From positions 15,463 through 79,462 of the IMG/VR virus record IMGVR_UViG_3300050343_000243: 64,000 nucleotides of DNA; one strand, written 5' to 3'. Numbering within the stretch: position 1 is the first letter of the stretch; each line of letters opens with the position of its first letter. This DNA is from a virus. This document shows positions 38,780 to 48,998 of this stretch, piece after piece. The translations under genes and the position numbers were made by a program. The notes beneath the pieces are model-generated. The model had not been told where the DNA came from and searched no databases. It was given only the letters and a program-made list of their open reading frames with translations.

Positions 38780-39876
38780 ACTTGTCGCGCTGCTTTTCCC
38801 TCAGTGCACGCATGTTTTTCTTGTTGATCCACAGGTGGTAGTGCTTTCTATGTGTCGTTTCTGTGTGACCCATCAGCCTTGCAGCAGTGCTGATTTCAAT
38901 CCCCTGAACTAGCGATCGAATCGCGTAGGCGTGACGCAGGTTGTACAGAGACCAGTGTTTGAGATTGTTACGATCCATGTAATCGGAGAACTGCCTGGCG
39001 ACGTTCAAGCGATGGCAAGGTGGGCTTGTGTATTTCACGCAGGTTCAGCTCCTTGATCCATTCGTCTGGCAACGCCCAAGCTTCACGCAAGTAAGGCTTG
39101 CCTTTGGTTTTGTAGGTCATCACATTGATTACCTCATCCTCGAACTCGACGCTCAGTAATTCGCTGGGCCTAGTGCCAAAGGCCATGCTCATGCCATGTA
39201 CCCATTTCCAGCGTGGATCTTTGATGCTGCTCCAGATCGACAGCAATTCCTCATCACTAGGAATGTCCCGCTCAGTGAGTTGAGAAATTGTGTATCCCTT
39301 ACATCGCCTCGTACAGGGGCTGCTTATCCCACTTCAGTCCCATGTGATCAAGGGTGACTGAGACGATCGAGCCGAAGTTTCCTCGACTGCTCGGTGACTC
39401 GATGTCCTTAATCACCTGGCAGATCGCCTCTAGATCAGCAGAGCCATAGAACTTGCTGAACAGGCTGATCGTCGGTTTGTACTTAGCGGTGTAGATGCCC
39501 GCGCCTGTCTTGGGCTTGTCTGGGTAATGGGCATCGAAGCGTGACTCGATCGCCTGGCACAGCTCTGTGAACAGGATCGAATCACGTGTAGCACTGCTTT
39601 TCTTTGCAGTGATCTTGTCTTTGCTCCAGTTGCTCCAGCTGAAAGTGCCCATCGAAAGCTCCTCGTCCAAGCGGAACGCCAGCTCTTTGGCCTTATCAGG
39701 TGTACTTAAATCGCTGGCCCTTCAAGACCTGTCGGAATTTGCTGCTGCTTTACGCTTGCTCGGCTCCGTTTTGCAGGGCAGTGTGGCGACTAAGTACACA
39801 GCCTGTCGATCAGGCAGGGTTTTGATAGCGCAACGGTCAGCTTCTTATTGAGGAACGTGACCCAATTTCTGTCCAT
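38766..39876 (-). pseudogene. Tyrosine integrase interrupted by about 5 frameshifts
   Basis: Fragments reassemble to YLVATLP, FSWSNW, RDIPSDE, GTRPSE, LRHAYAIR, MGH, HY. Confidence 0.85.
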
Positions 39877-39992
39877 CACTGACTTCTCGGCTGATCCGAG
39901 TATGCCCCAAACTCACTGATGCTGTGTACTTAAAAACCGTCTTAAATCCCTGGTTTTGGTACCGGAACAGACCGGAACACAGGTGAACCAAT

Positions 39993-40017
39993 AAAAAAAG
40001 GACCCTTGCGGATCCCC
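39993..40017 (-). terminator. Terminator downstream of the tRNA fragment
   Basis: GGGGATCC-GCAA-GGGTCCT followed by T-tract on - strand. Confidence 0.65.
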
Positions 40018-40049
40018 TGGTATGACTGGTGTTTCAGCCGTTGACTGAA

Positions 40050-40098
40050 TCGGAGCGGCGGGATTTGAACCCACGACCCCTACTACCCCAAGGTAGTG
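40050..40098 (-). mobile_element. attP core: 3' half of tRNA-Pro(GGG)
   Basis: CACTACCTTGGGGTAGTAGGGGTCGTGGGTTCAAATCCCGCCGCTCCGA contains anticodon arm, T arm and 3' acceptor strand; no 5' half; next to integrase. Confidence 0.85.
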
Positions 40099-40174
40099 AT
40101 AATTCTTTATAAACCCGCTTCATGGCTGGCTTTTGATTCGTCAATTTTGTAAATGTGCTTAATTTTGTGCTTAA

Positions 40175-40468
40175 TCACTGAGGTGGTTTGCCACTCAGCA
40201 GTCCTCTAGAAGCACCTTCGTCAGGAAAATCTCTGGGCCTGGATTCGATGCTGCTCTTTCCACCAGACACACGTTCGTGTGATTGGAACGTTGCTCGCTT
40301 GTACCTATGCTTGAACACATCAGGTAGCCAGTAAGTTTCTACCCAGTTAATTGTAGAGTTTAGTTTTAGGTGCTTTTCAAGTGAGTGCGACATAGCTCCC
40401 ATTTGTATATAACCATCGTGAGTTACGCAGGTGTTATCACCTGTGCGGTATATGTATAAAGTTCTCAT
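40175..40468 (-). CDS. Hypothetical protein
   Basis: 97-aa ORF. Confidence 0.65.
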   Translation of the reverse strand: MRTLYIYRTGDNTCVTHDGYIQMGAMSHSLEKHLKLNSTINWVETYWLPDVFKHRYKRATFQSHERVSGGKSSIESRPRDFPDEGASRGLLSGKPPQ

Positions 40469-40477
40469 TGTATTTTT

Positions 40478-41525
40478 TTAACGGCGATGCCTTGCAGTCT
40501 TTTTGGCAACGTCTTCCGGTTGCTTACTGTGCTGTTGTCCTTTACGCATTGCCGCACGTTTCTTTGCAGTCGATCTTGCATACTCTTTATCTGACAAAGA
40601 CTCCCGTGCTTTTTTCGGAAGGTATCGTTCACCCGTAGCTTTCTTACCTTGGGTCGAGTTTTTACCGGACTTGGTGCCCCACTCCTCGTTCGTCCAAGCA
40701 GAAAGAGATTTCTGTGATTCTTTCTTAGCCATCAGTCTTTATACCCCCCGCCTTTTGCTTTGTACTCTTTCGCCATCATCTGTGCTTTACGAGCAGACCA
40801 CTGCCCTGGCTTCCCACCTTTGCTGCCAGCTTTGATGCGGTTGAAAATTGACTTACGCAATCCAGGCTTGGTGTAGTTACCTGCCTCATTGACACGAGAC
40901 TTAGCTTTTTCTTTTGCCTTTGCTCGATCAGCCATTACTTCTTACCTTTTTTCTCGTAGTACTTACGTAGACCTTCAGGCATCTTGGAAGTATCGCGTTC
41001 CTTAGATTCTTCTTCTTTACCTTTCATCTTGCCTTTGGTTTCTTCTTTCTTTTTTTCGAAGAATGCCTGTGCTTTCTTTTTAGACATAGCTCTTGATAAT
41101 TTTAGGACCGTGGCTCATACCACCATTTGGTTTGGCTGGATAACGTTCAGGTTTCTTGGCACAGCCTTCACCTGTGTTCACCATTGGAAGCAAGGCTTGC
41201 CCTGCCATACGTGTAGGAAAATCGGTGTCCATCACCACTTAGAATGATTGGCCCAGTATGCGGCTGACATTTTTCCTTTCTTGATGTTCTTAGCGTGGCG
41301 TGCCTTGAACGATGCACGCTTCTTCTTCATCTTCTCTGACTCACCTTCTTTAGGTTTGCCAGCGGTCTTTGCTCCTTGCTCACCAAAACGAATAAGTTTC
41401 TCTTTGCCATTCTCTTTTGCAAGAACCACATGAGATTTAGTCGGGTGGTTAGGAGTGCGCTTAGGTTTGTTTGGAGTCAAATTCTCCTTGCTCAACCTAT
41501 CTCCTGCCATGCGTTTTTCAGCCAT
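40478..41525 (-). CDS. Operon of five small, mostly very basic proteins (41525-41232, 41232-41080, 41087-40935, 40935-40732, 40732-40478)
   Basis: Stop/start coupled; GQWSARKAQ, GERYLP, SF.ARH motifs; TAAAATAG at 41547-41554. Confidence 0.75.
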
Positions 41526-41679
41526 AGCAATATATAACAGACCCTACTATTTTAGCTTCTTATCTAATGGATCATCTCCACCAGAAAGTATTGCTTTTGC
41601 TCTTTTGTAGTAGTAAGTATCCGTCTTCCCAGCATCTTCAAGAGCCTGTTTAATCTTGCGCCAATTTTCAATGTCGGTG

Positions 41680-41955
41680 TTATCCATCAGTAGTAGTAAT
41701 AAATTCCATTTCGGCGTGCATCTGATCGGACAGATTGCACACTTGTGCACAAGCACCAAGTACCAGGCCGCGCTGGTTAGGAGTTAGTTCCTTTGCTGTT
41801 TCAGCATCTTCTGCCAAGATGTTGCCGATATCACCTAGGCACATAATGATTGCCGGCAATCCCCACTTTTCGACAAGTCCATGCATTACAGATAGCAGCG
41901 GATTATCACCGCTTTCTACTGCTTCCCAGAATGCTTGACGTTGTTCAGTAGTCAT
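41680..41955 (-). CDS. Hypothetical protein
   Basis: 91 aa; TAAAATAG at 41976-41983. Confidence 0.7.
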   Translation of the reverse strand: MTTEQRQAFWEAVESGDNPLLSVMHGLVEKWGLPAIIMCLGDIGNILAEDAETAKELTPNQRGLVLGACAQVCNLSDQMHAEMEFITTTDG

Positions 41956-42017
41956 ACAAATAGCAAGTAGTATATCTATTTTACAGTTAGAATTCTTATA
42001 GCAGGTATAAATATGTT

Positions 42018-42809
42018 ATGTCCCTATTAAGTGTTGAGTCTTTTAAGAATTTTTTTAAATATTATTCAGATGAACCACATCAACAGGCAGCAATAGAGGA
42101 ACTGTATAAGCAAATAAGTATTAGTGGGCTAGACGAAGATTCTATATGGGTAACAACATATCGAACACCATTTGAGCCGCCTCAACAGAAAACGCCTATT
42201 ATTATTACTCCACCTGTTAGTCGACCAGCGGCAAAGAATAACTGGCCTATTACCAAGCAAGAGATGGCAGACATAATGCAATGCAAGGCTAGCCAATTAC
42301 CTGATGAACTAATGGATGACTTTGGTGTGTGCGCTGAACTCTATGGAATGAATAGAACTAACATTGGCTATTTTTTGGGACAGTGCGGGCACGAGTCAGC
42401 GGGCTTGCGATACCCTATGGAATTAGCTTCTGGGGCTGACTACGAATACAGAACTGACCTTGGCAATGTTTATACAGGTGATGGAGTTAAGTTTGCTGGT
42501 ACAGGATGGATCCAAGTAACTGGACGATATTGGCATCAGACTTTTGCTGATTATTTACAAGCAGTAGGCAAACCTGATCCGAAGGTTATGGAGATTGGCA
42601 AAACCTATACATGCAATAAGTACCCTTGGTCTATAAGCGGGCATTGGTGGAACTGCAATGATATGAATGCCTACACAAATGGAAACCCGCCAATCGATCG
42701 AGTTGGTCAGCGGGTAAATGGTCGGTATTTACCGATCGGATTTGAAGATCGACGGAACTATTCGTGGAGAGCCTTTGAAGTTCTCAGGCTCCCATATCCA
42801 GGCAATTAG
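42018..42809 (+). CDS. GH19 chitinase-like endolysin
   Basis: FLGQCGHES, YE.R.DLGN...GDG.KF.G.G.IQ.TGR. Confidence 0.88.
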   Translation: MSLLSVESFKNFFKYYSDEPHQQAAIEELYKQISISGLDEDSIWVTTYRTPFEPPQQKTPIIITPPVSRPAAKNNWPITKQEMADIMQCKASQLPDELMDDFGVCAELYGMNRTNIGYFLGQCGHESAGLRYPMELASGADYEYRTDLGNVYTGDGVKFAGTGWIQVTGRYWHQTFADYLQAVGKPDPKVMEIGKTYTCNKYPWSISGHWWNCNDMNAYTNGNPPIDRVGQRVNGRYLPIGFEDRRNYSWRAFEVLRLPYPGN

Positions 42810-43069
42810 ATATCCAATATTTCTGCAATTTGATCTGCAGTGTAACCTGCCTCTTCTAATGCTTTCGCTGCATTAAGCTTGACAGTTACATAGGATTCAA
42901 TTGGATAAAATGTCTTACTGTCTATTTTATGAAATCCCACAGGTACATAATCAGGCTGGATAGACAAATTAAAGATACCCAATTCAGGAATAGCTTGGAG
43001 ACTGCCATACTTGGCTATAAGCTCTTCCCCATCAATAAGACTATCTGCGGTTAAGTTGTAGTACTTCAT
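42806..43069 (-). CDS. Hypothetical protein (tail-fibre associated)
   Basis: Coupled to the fibre gene. Confidence 0.65.
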   Translation of the reverse strand: MKYYNLTADSLIDGEELIAKYGSLQAIPELGIFNLSIQPDYVPVGFHKIDSKTFYPIESYVTVKLNAAKALEEAGYTADQIAEILDI

Positions 43070-45960
43070 TAGGTTCCTGATTGAAAGGTGTTGTAAGTGG
43101 ATTCCAAAGCATCTGCATTGTCAGACTCATACTTAACTTTAACTCGATAATAAGTATTAGCAGACAAAGTAGGATTGCTCCAAGCAGTGGAACCATCCTG
43201 GCTGGCATTAGCTGCAGTATCAGAATAAGTTCCGACTACAGTCCAAGGACCTGAGGCACTGCTACTAGTTTCAAGCGTCCAGACTCGTCGAAGAAGGGTT
43301 GCATCCAAACCTGTGACAGGCGTTGTGTTGTTATTCGATGAAGTAAACACAATGCTGCTAGGTGAAGGAGCGGCCCTTGTGACTGTTGCACCCTCTGCAT
43401 AGAGATTAGGTAACCAGTTCCCAGTAGTACCCGAGAGCGTGATAGTGCTTCCAGCCTGAGAATCGACAGTCGTTGAGACTGTGTCCAGGGTTGGACCTGT
43501 CAGGGAGGCACCTGTAGGAACAGGAGAATCCACGACCATCTTCTTCGTTGTTGGGTCAGCATCCGTTACAACACTGGCATTCGTACCGAATGAACCTGCG
43601 GTTGCGTCTTCCTCGATGGCGATGTAAATAAAAGTTTCCCCTGAACTATTAAAGTCTGAGTCAGAACGATCGTCGATTTGAAACCCATTGGAGTTAAACC
43701 ATACATACGGACCAAAGCCGCCATCAATTGTTTCGCCCCATAGTCCGTCAGCTCTTAAATACCTATCAACATTAGTAGCGCTGGACCTTTTGTTGTCGAA
43801 TATACTCCAAGAGCCAGAACCAGTAGCTCGCTTAACCATCAGCCAACCAGGCTTAAATCCGACACCGTTAACATACACACCACTACCACTGGTATAGCCC
43901 GTATAGGTGCCGCACTTAATGCTTCCAGTGTTAGCAAATAGGTAGGCGACATATTCCTCTCCATTCTGATTAACATCAGTAGACGATGAAAGTGTGAAAT
44001 GAGTAGAAGTAGGCGTTGTGTCATCCCACGCTGTAGTACCTGCTTGTCCGTTACTTGAGTTTAATCTCAGAGTCTTTTCGTTTCCTGTAGATGTATGATA
44101 GACCTCCCAGCTTCCACTACCGCTTGTCTTCTTAACAATCATCATGCCAGGCACGCTCGTGAGGCCATGCGGAATGTTTCTAGTCGAACCGTTCCCCGTC
44201 CAGGTAACAATATCCATGAAATTAGGCGCTGCACGGAAGTTCCAGGCGACCATATTCCCGTTGTTTGTAGTATTACTACCTCCAACATCAAACCCAGTGC
44301 TGTTTAAACCATTAACTGCGTAAGGTGTTTCAACTAATCCACCTGTAGTATTAGTTGAAAACGCATACAAATCAGTTCTACCAGATGCCACTGGTGCACT
44401 TGTATGAGTTAAAATGTGATCACCACTTGAGTTTCTTTTTTTAAGCCAAAGCAACGAATTCTTGGTATTATCAATTCCAGTAGTAATTGACTGTGTTGAG
44501 CTGTTACCCGTATAAAGCGTCGTGCTAAAAGCATCGGTCTGAGTTGTGCTTGCAGGTGAAGAGACAGCGGCACCGGCCTTCAGGAACTGCAGATCGGTGT
44601 CATCTGTAAAAGTCAGTTCAGTTGTGTCTGCGGAGAACGCACTGTCGCTGATAGCGATGTAAACGTACTTAGTCGAAGAGTTAATGCTGATCTCACTGTA
44701 TCCGGGGTTTCCGTTGAATCCGGTAGAAGTGAAACCAAAGCCCCAACCACCTTCGTTGACTTCTGCGTCGTCTGTATTTGGTCTGAATATCATCGAGCCT
44801 CTGACATTGTCCATCAAGACCCAATTTGAGCCACCATCAACTCGCTTGATGATCACAAAGGCTGGCCTAAAACCGCAGTTAATGCCGCTGCTGAGCTCGT
44901 TACCCATATATGAGCCGCACTTAATGTTGGTGTCGTCGCTGGCAAATAGGTAGGCGACATAGTCCGAACCCTGATCATTCGGGGTGCCGTTCTGGCCCAA
45001 AGTGAACGTAGTGTCTGTGTCACTCAAGAAGGCGTCTGAAACGCTCACTGCCCCCGCGGATGAATCCAGCCGCAGCATTTGTGACCTGGTTAAGTCTTTA
45101 TGCCAGAAGCCCCAGTTAGAAACTTGACTAAGGTTCTTCGTGATGATTACACCAGGAATTGCGCCAAGGTCATGGGGGATAACATTATTAGTTGTGCTCG
45201 TACCTGTTCCTGTGTATTCGACAATATCCATGAAGCCTCGGGCCTTCACGAACGAATAGGCCATCATGCCTTTAGAACTTTGATTCACAGAACTGTCGGT
45301 CCCGATCGTAAAGCCAGTAGATCCGAAGGCCTTAAGTTGATTCGTGCTGTTGCCCTCAGAGCCGCTCGAGTTGGAGTTGAGGGCTTTGTTTGCCCCTCTT
45401 ACAGTGTCAGTAAGGATGTGATCCTGACCGCTGCTGCCCCTGTTCTTGATCCAGACCAGTCCACCTGATCCGGTCATGTCGAGATTGTTCGTGATTGTTT
45501 TTTGCGTAGCGTCGCCCCAATAGGCATTGATTGCGAAGAGATCCTCGCCCGTAATTGTTGTGGCTGCCGTGATGGCTGTGGTCTGTGGGGTCTTCACGTT
45601 GCCGTTGGCATCCACCATCTTGACGGGGCCAACAATGTTCGCCAGTTCGGTGTCATCTGTGAAAGTGATGACGCCACCGGTCTCGCTGACAATTGCAGTA
45701 GACAATGGTTCGTAAGACTGACCTGCGTTTAGTCCTGCCCCGTTGAGAGGTGTTAGTACCTGAACAGGAGAGTCGAAATAACCAGAAGTACCAAGCTGAT
45801 CTTTAACATCGAGACCAGTGACTTTATAGCTGTCCGTACCTCTTTGGATTAGTAATAGGTCAGTATCGTTAATAGTACTCATTAGATCTTCCGCGTTAAG
45901 TTTATAAGAATTGGCTCCTCTTTGAACCAGGAACTGGTCGTCATCATTTAAAGTGCTCAT
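43069..45960 (-). CDS. Tail fibre / receptor-binding protein with two tandem modules
   Basis: FMDIV...G.G..R.IPH.L..VPG, YVAYLFA, IKCG.Y.G each occur twice. Confidence 0.8.
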   Translation of the reverse strand: MSTLNDDDQFLVQRGANSYKLNAEDLMSTINDTDLLLIQRGTDSYKVTGLDVKDQLGTSGYFDSPVQVLTPLNGAGLNAGQSYEPLSTAIVSETGGVITFTDDTELANIVGPVKMVDANGNVKTPQTTAITAATTITGEDLFAINAYWGDATQKTITNNLDMTGSGGLVWIKNRGSSGQDHILTDTVRGANKALNSNSSGSEGNSTNQLKAFGSTGFTIGTDSSVNQSSKGMMAYSFVKARGFMDIVEYTGTGTSTTNNVIPHDLGAIPGVIITKNLSQVSNWGFWHKDLTRSQMLRLDSSAGAVSVSDAFLSDTDTTFTLGQNGTPNDQGSDYVAYLFASDDTNIKCGSYMGNELSSGINCGFRPAFVIIKRVDGGSNWVLMDNVRGSMIFRPNTDDAEVNEGGWGFGFTSTGFNGNPGYSEISINSSTKYVYIAISDSAFSADTTELTFTDDTDLQFLKAGAAVSSPASTTQTDAFSTTLYTGNSSTQSITTGIDNTKNSLLWLKKRNSSGDHILTHTSAPVASGRTDLYAFSTNTTGGLVETPYAVNGLNSTGFDVGGSNTTNNGNMVAWNFRAAPNFMDIVTWTGNGSTRNIPHGLTSVPGMMIVKKTSGSGSWEVYHTSTGNEKTLRLNSSNGQAGTTAWDDTTPTSTHFTLSSSTDVNQNGEEYVAYLFANTGSIKCGTYTGYTSGSGVYVNGVGFKPGWLMVKRATGSGSWSIFDNKRSSATNVDRYLRADGLWGETIDGGFGPYVWFNSNGFQIDDRSDSDFNSSGETFIYIAIEEDATAGSFGTNASVVTDADPTTKKMVVDSPVPTGASLTGPTLDTVSTTVDSQAGSTITLSGTTGNWLPNLYAEGATVTRAAPSPSSIVFTSSNNNTTPVTGLDATLLRRVWTLETSSSASGPWTVVGTYSDTAANASQDGSTAWSNPTLSANTYYRVKVKYESDNADALESTYNTFQSGT

Positions 45961-46181
45961 GGTAAAGTCGTCAGTAAATCAACTCGAAAGCCAGATGCGC
46001 TAACGGTTGAAGCAACAGTTAAACTGCCGGTGACGCTGACGTTCCCGTTCGAATCGGGAAGCAATGGAAGACCAGAGGTTTGTGCTCTAGACGTCCACTT
46101 ATCTCCGTCCCATACATATGAAGAACCTTGATAGGTATAAACGTCGTTAACGGATGGTGATTGGGGGAATGTTAATGCCAT
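45957..46181 (-). CDS. Small tail-associated protein
   Basis: FP.SP...D.Y......Y.WDG.KW. Confidence 0.7.
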   Translation of the reverse strand: MALTFPQSPSVNDVYTYQGSSYVWDGDKWTSRAQTSGLPLLPDSNGNVSVTGSLTVASTVSASGFRVDLLTTLP

Positions 46182-46183
46182 GA

Positions 46184-46465
46184 TTATTCAAATGGTGAGG
46201 TGGGGAATGTAACTTGTACTGGATATCCTGTTTGTTCTGGTAGATCCCGCAAAGCTTGTCTGTACGTAGCCCATGCCTCCTTATCAGTAGGAGTATCAGG
46301 TAGTTGTGTCCAGTCTGATGCTGCCAAAAGTTCGTTGCGCTTGGCAACTAATTGACCGGCGAGTGTTTCAGACCAGGCTTCTTCTACGGTTAAACCAGGA
46401 TCTTCGACACGAGCATCGTAGGTGTCAAAGATTTTCTTTGCTTCTGCATATTGTTGTGCATTCAT
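46184..46465 (-). CDS. Tail fibre assembly chaperone
   Basis: RN.LL..SDWTQLPD...W..YRQALRDLP.Q.G.P..V.FP. Confidence 0.88.
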   Translation of the reverse strand: MNAQQYAEAKKIFDTYDARVEDPGLTVEEAWSETLAGQLVAKRNELLAASDWTQLPDTPTDKEAWATYRQALRDLPEQTGYPVQVTFPTSPFE

Positions 46466-46467
46466 GA

Positions 46468-48951
46468 TTAAGCGGGGGTAATGATGTTAGACGAGAAGGT
46501 ATCAGTAGCAGAGCTGTTAGTTGCGTCTACCTCTACTTGCAGAGTTGTTCCAGCAGGCAGTTCCGAATCAGGAGTATTGCCTGTTGGGAATGTTGCTGGA
46601 AAACTAATCTGTTGTGAAGTGCCTGGACCAAGTTGGGTAAAACCAGGGTCACTTGACTGTGTAGTAGTGACAGCACCGCTGCTATTAATCACAAGGAAAC
46701 GAGTTGAAGTGGCGTTTCCGGTTGAGGCAGTAGCCTCCACGAAGTCACCTGTTGCAAAATCATCGAAACCATTAACTACAATGTCTGTGGTCCCATTGCC
46801 ATTTGAAGTAATAGAGCCGATTTTTGCGAACAACATTGGATTTGTTGCACCAGGCTTTTTCACAACATCACCAACATTAAGTAAACTTAAATCAGCACCA
46901 TCAGTTACGGTTACTGTCTGAGAGCGGATTGAGGTTACATAATAGTAAAGGTTGTTGTTGGTGCCATCCTTTCTGGCACGCTGTCGGCGGCCGTATAAAT
47001 AATTGTCAGGTACCATGAATTCAGCTTCATGGCCACTTGTTTCTGTTGGGTAAGCATTAGCAACCCAGGTAGCTCCTGAGTTATTACTGGAGTAGTAATG
47101 GGCTGCCCGGGCGGAGTAGCTTGAATTGTAATTTGTATTTCTTGCGATTAAGTTGCCAAAAGGGTCTTCCCAAATACAGTAATATTCGTTTACATAGCCA
47201 GAAGGTGCTGAAGGTAATGTATACGACTGAGGAGTTGAATTACCCGGAGTAAACCTACGAATCTTATCTCTGAAGACCGTAATTACGGCCCCTTTATGCC
47301 AGATAACGCAACCTACTTCGTTGCGCATATAGGTTGATATAGATCCGTCTTTGTAAATATAGCTGCCTTGTGAAAGGCTTGCACTTTGAGCGTCTGTAAG
47401 TTCTCTATACCAAAGATTGTTTGACGTGCTATCTCTTCCAATAATAAAGACCCTGTCGGACAAAGTTTCAATAGCATGCATACCACCACCGGATCCATTT
47501 ATTCCAGTACATGAAATGGTAGTATAATTACTTCCATCAAGTTCAGTACGATATACCGTACCGTTAGCCCGAAAATCGTAAATGTAAGCATCCGTTGAAA
47601 CTTTACATCCCGAGGATTTTGATGGGTTGCCACCAAGAATATTTGAAATGTTAAAAGATGAATTATAATTATCGTCTCTCCTACCAAAAACGTTAAGGAA
47701 TGTGCCCAGCCTATTTGCTTTTACATGTCTTGGATACTCATCCGAAAATGATGTATAGAAATTATTTTTAAGTACTGTGTAGGCAACTAAATCTTTGCTC
47801 GCATTTTCCAACATATCGTCATTGCTATTACTACCATCGGGGATCCACATAAAACATCTAACTGCATTAGTAGACGGATCAACTAATTGAAAAGCAGATA
47901 CCCAATAACCGTTATTAAGAGTACTGCTACCACTTTTTGTAGAATTACCTATATTTGAGGCACTGGTAGAAACTGTTTCAGCAGTAATAGCTGTTGTTGA
48001 TGGGAACTGTTGAAATTGTGCAGTAACCTTACCTTTGATACCCTTTTGACTTACAGGTGCACCTTCATCAAGCATCGTAATAGCAACAGAAAATGCTTCA
48101 CTAGTAAAGCGATCACCTGAAGTATTTTGCTCTGTAAGTACTACATTACCAATTGATGGAGGAGAAACAGATGCACCACCCGCTGCTTCCCAAACAGTTC
48201 CATTCCAGATTTGAAGTTTACTGTCTGATGAGTTGAAGATCATGTCTCCAGCATTCAACCCAGTCAGGCTATTACGTGCTGTTGTTGTGTATGCACCGGG
48301 ATTTATAACCGCACCATTCAACTTGGGTGATGTAACCGTGTTCTTATCTGGATTATAAGACAGAGATGTTGAATAATTAAATTCATCATCTGTACCATCG
48401 AAAGCGCCAGAGATACCAGTCAAGTAGTACTCAACATCATCTGTGTTGATTACTGTTGCTGCCAAGATAGTCGTTTCAGGGACTGCAGGTATCCACTGCG
48501 ATGAGTTAGCGTCTGTGTAGTAGACATATAAACGACCGTCGTTTGTATCCCACCAAAGCGCACCTTCGTCAGGGCTGGTAGGTGCAACTGTTCCTACTTC
48601 AGTAGCAGAAGGAATATTAATATTACCGAGTTCAGTATCTACATACTGCTTCGTAGCAGCCTCCATTGCAGCTGTAGGATCGGCAAACAGGGTGATGTTT
48701 CCTGTCAACGTGCCACCAGAAAGCATCAGGTAGCGATCGTCTAGCGTTCCCGATTGGGAAGAACTATCTGACAAATCAGGAAGACCTATTCCTGAAATAC
48801 GAATAACTTGATTATTACTATCTTTTAGAAAAATTACTGGGTCATTTGCACTGTAGTTAATGGCAAGTTCGCCAAAGTCTAGTTGAGACGCTGTTGGTGT
48901 TTTTGCTGCACCATTAACAAGTACATTTGATCTTTTTAGTTGTAGCTTCAT
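46468..48951 (-). CDS. Tail fibre protein
   Basis: QLKRS...P....L..GELA.N start; EG.LWWDT.DGRLYVYY. Confidence 0.8.
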   Translation of the reverse strand: MKLQLKRSNVLVNGAAKTPTASQLDFGELAINYSANDPVIFLKDSNNQVIRISGIGLPDLSDSSSQSGTLDDRYLMLSGGTLTGNITLFADPTAAMEAATKQYVDTELGNINIPSATEVGTVAPTSPDEGALWWDTNDGRLYVYYTDANSSQWIPAVPETTILAATVINTDDVEYYLTGISGAFDGTDDEFNYSTSLSYNPDKNTVTSPKLNGAVINPGAYTTTARNSLTGLNAGDMIFNSSDSKLQIWNGTVWEAAGGASVSPPSIGNVVLTEQNTSGDRFTSEAFSVAITMLDEGAPVSQKGIKGKVTAQFQQFPSTTAITAETVSTSASNIGNSTKSGSSTLNNGYWVSAFQLVDPSTNAVRCFMWIPDGSNSNDDMLENASKDLVAYTVLKNNFYTSFSDEYPRHVKANRLGTFLNVFGRRDDNYNSSFNISNILGGNPSKSSGCKVSTDAYIYDFRANGTVYRTELDGSNYTTISCTGINGSGGGMHAIETLSDRVFIIGRDSTSNNLWYRELTDAQSASLSQGSYIYKDGSISTYMRNEVGCVIWHKGAVITVFRDKIRRFTPGNSTPQSYTLPSAPSGYVNEYYCIWEDPFGNLIARNTNYNSSYSARAAHYYSSNNSGATWVANAYPTETSGHEAEFMVPDNYLYGRRQRARKDGTNNNLYYYVTSIRSQTVTVTDGADLSLLNVGDVVKKPGATNPMLFAKIGSITSNGNGTTDIVVNGFDDFATGDFVEATASTGNATSTRFLVINSSGAVTTTQSSDPGFTQLGPGTSQQISFPATFPTGNTPDSELPAGTTLQVEVDATNSSATDTFSSNIITPA

Positions 48952-48998
48952 CGGCTAATAAGCGATATATCGCAGTAATAACTGCTTCACTTATTCTA

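Noticed and set aside
38766-39876. Programmed frameshifting or stop-codon recoding to express the integrase
   Set aside because: About five separate shifts would be needed, and all other genes use the standard code
40050-40098. Complete tRNA gene
   Set aside because: D-arm and 5' acceptor strand are absent; treated as attP
43069-48951. Diversity-generating retroelement acting on tail fibres
   Set aside because: No reverse transcriptase in the window and no near-identical TR/VR pair differing at adenines was seen
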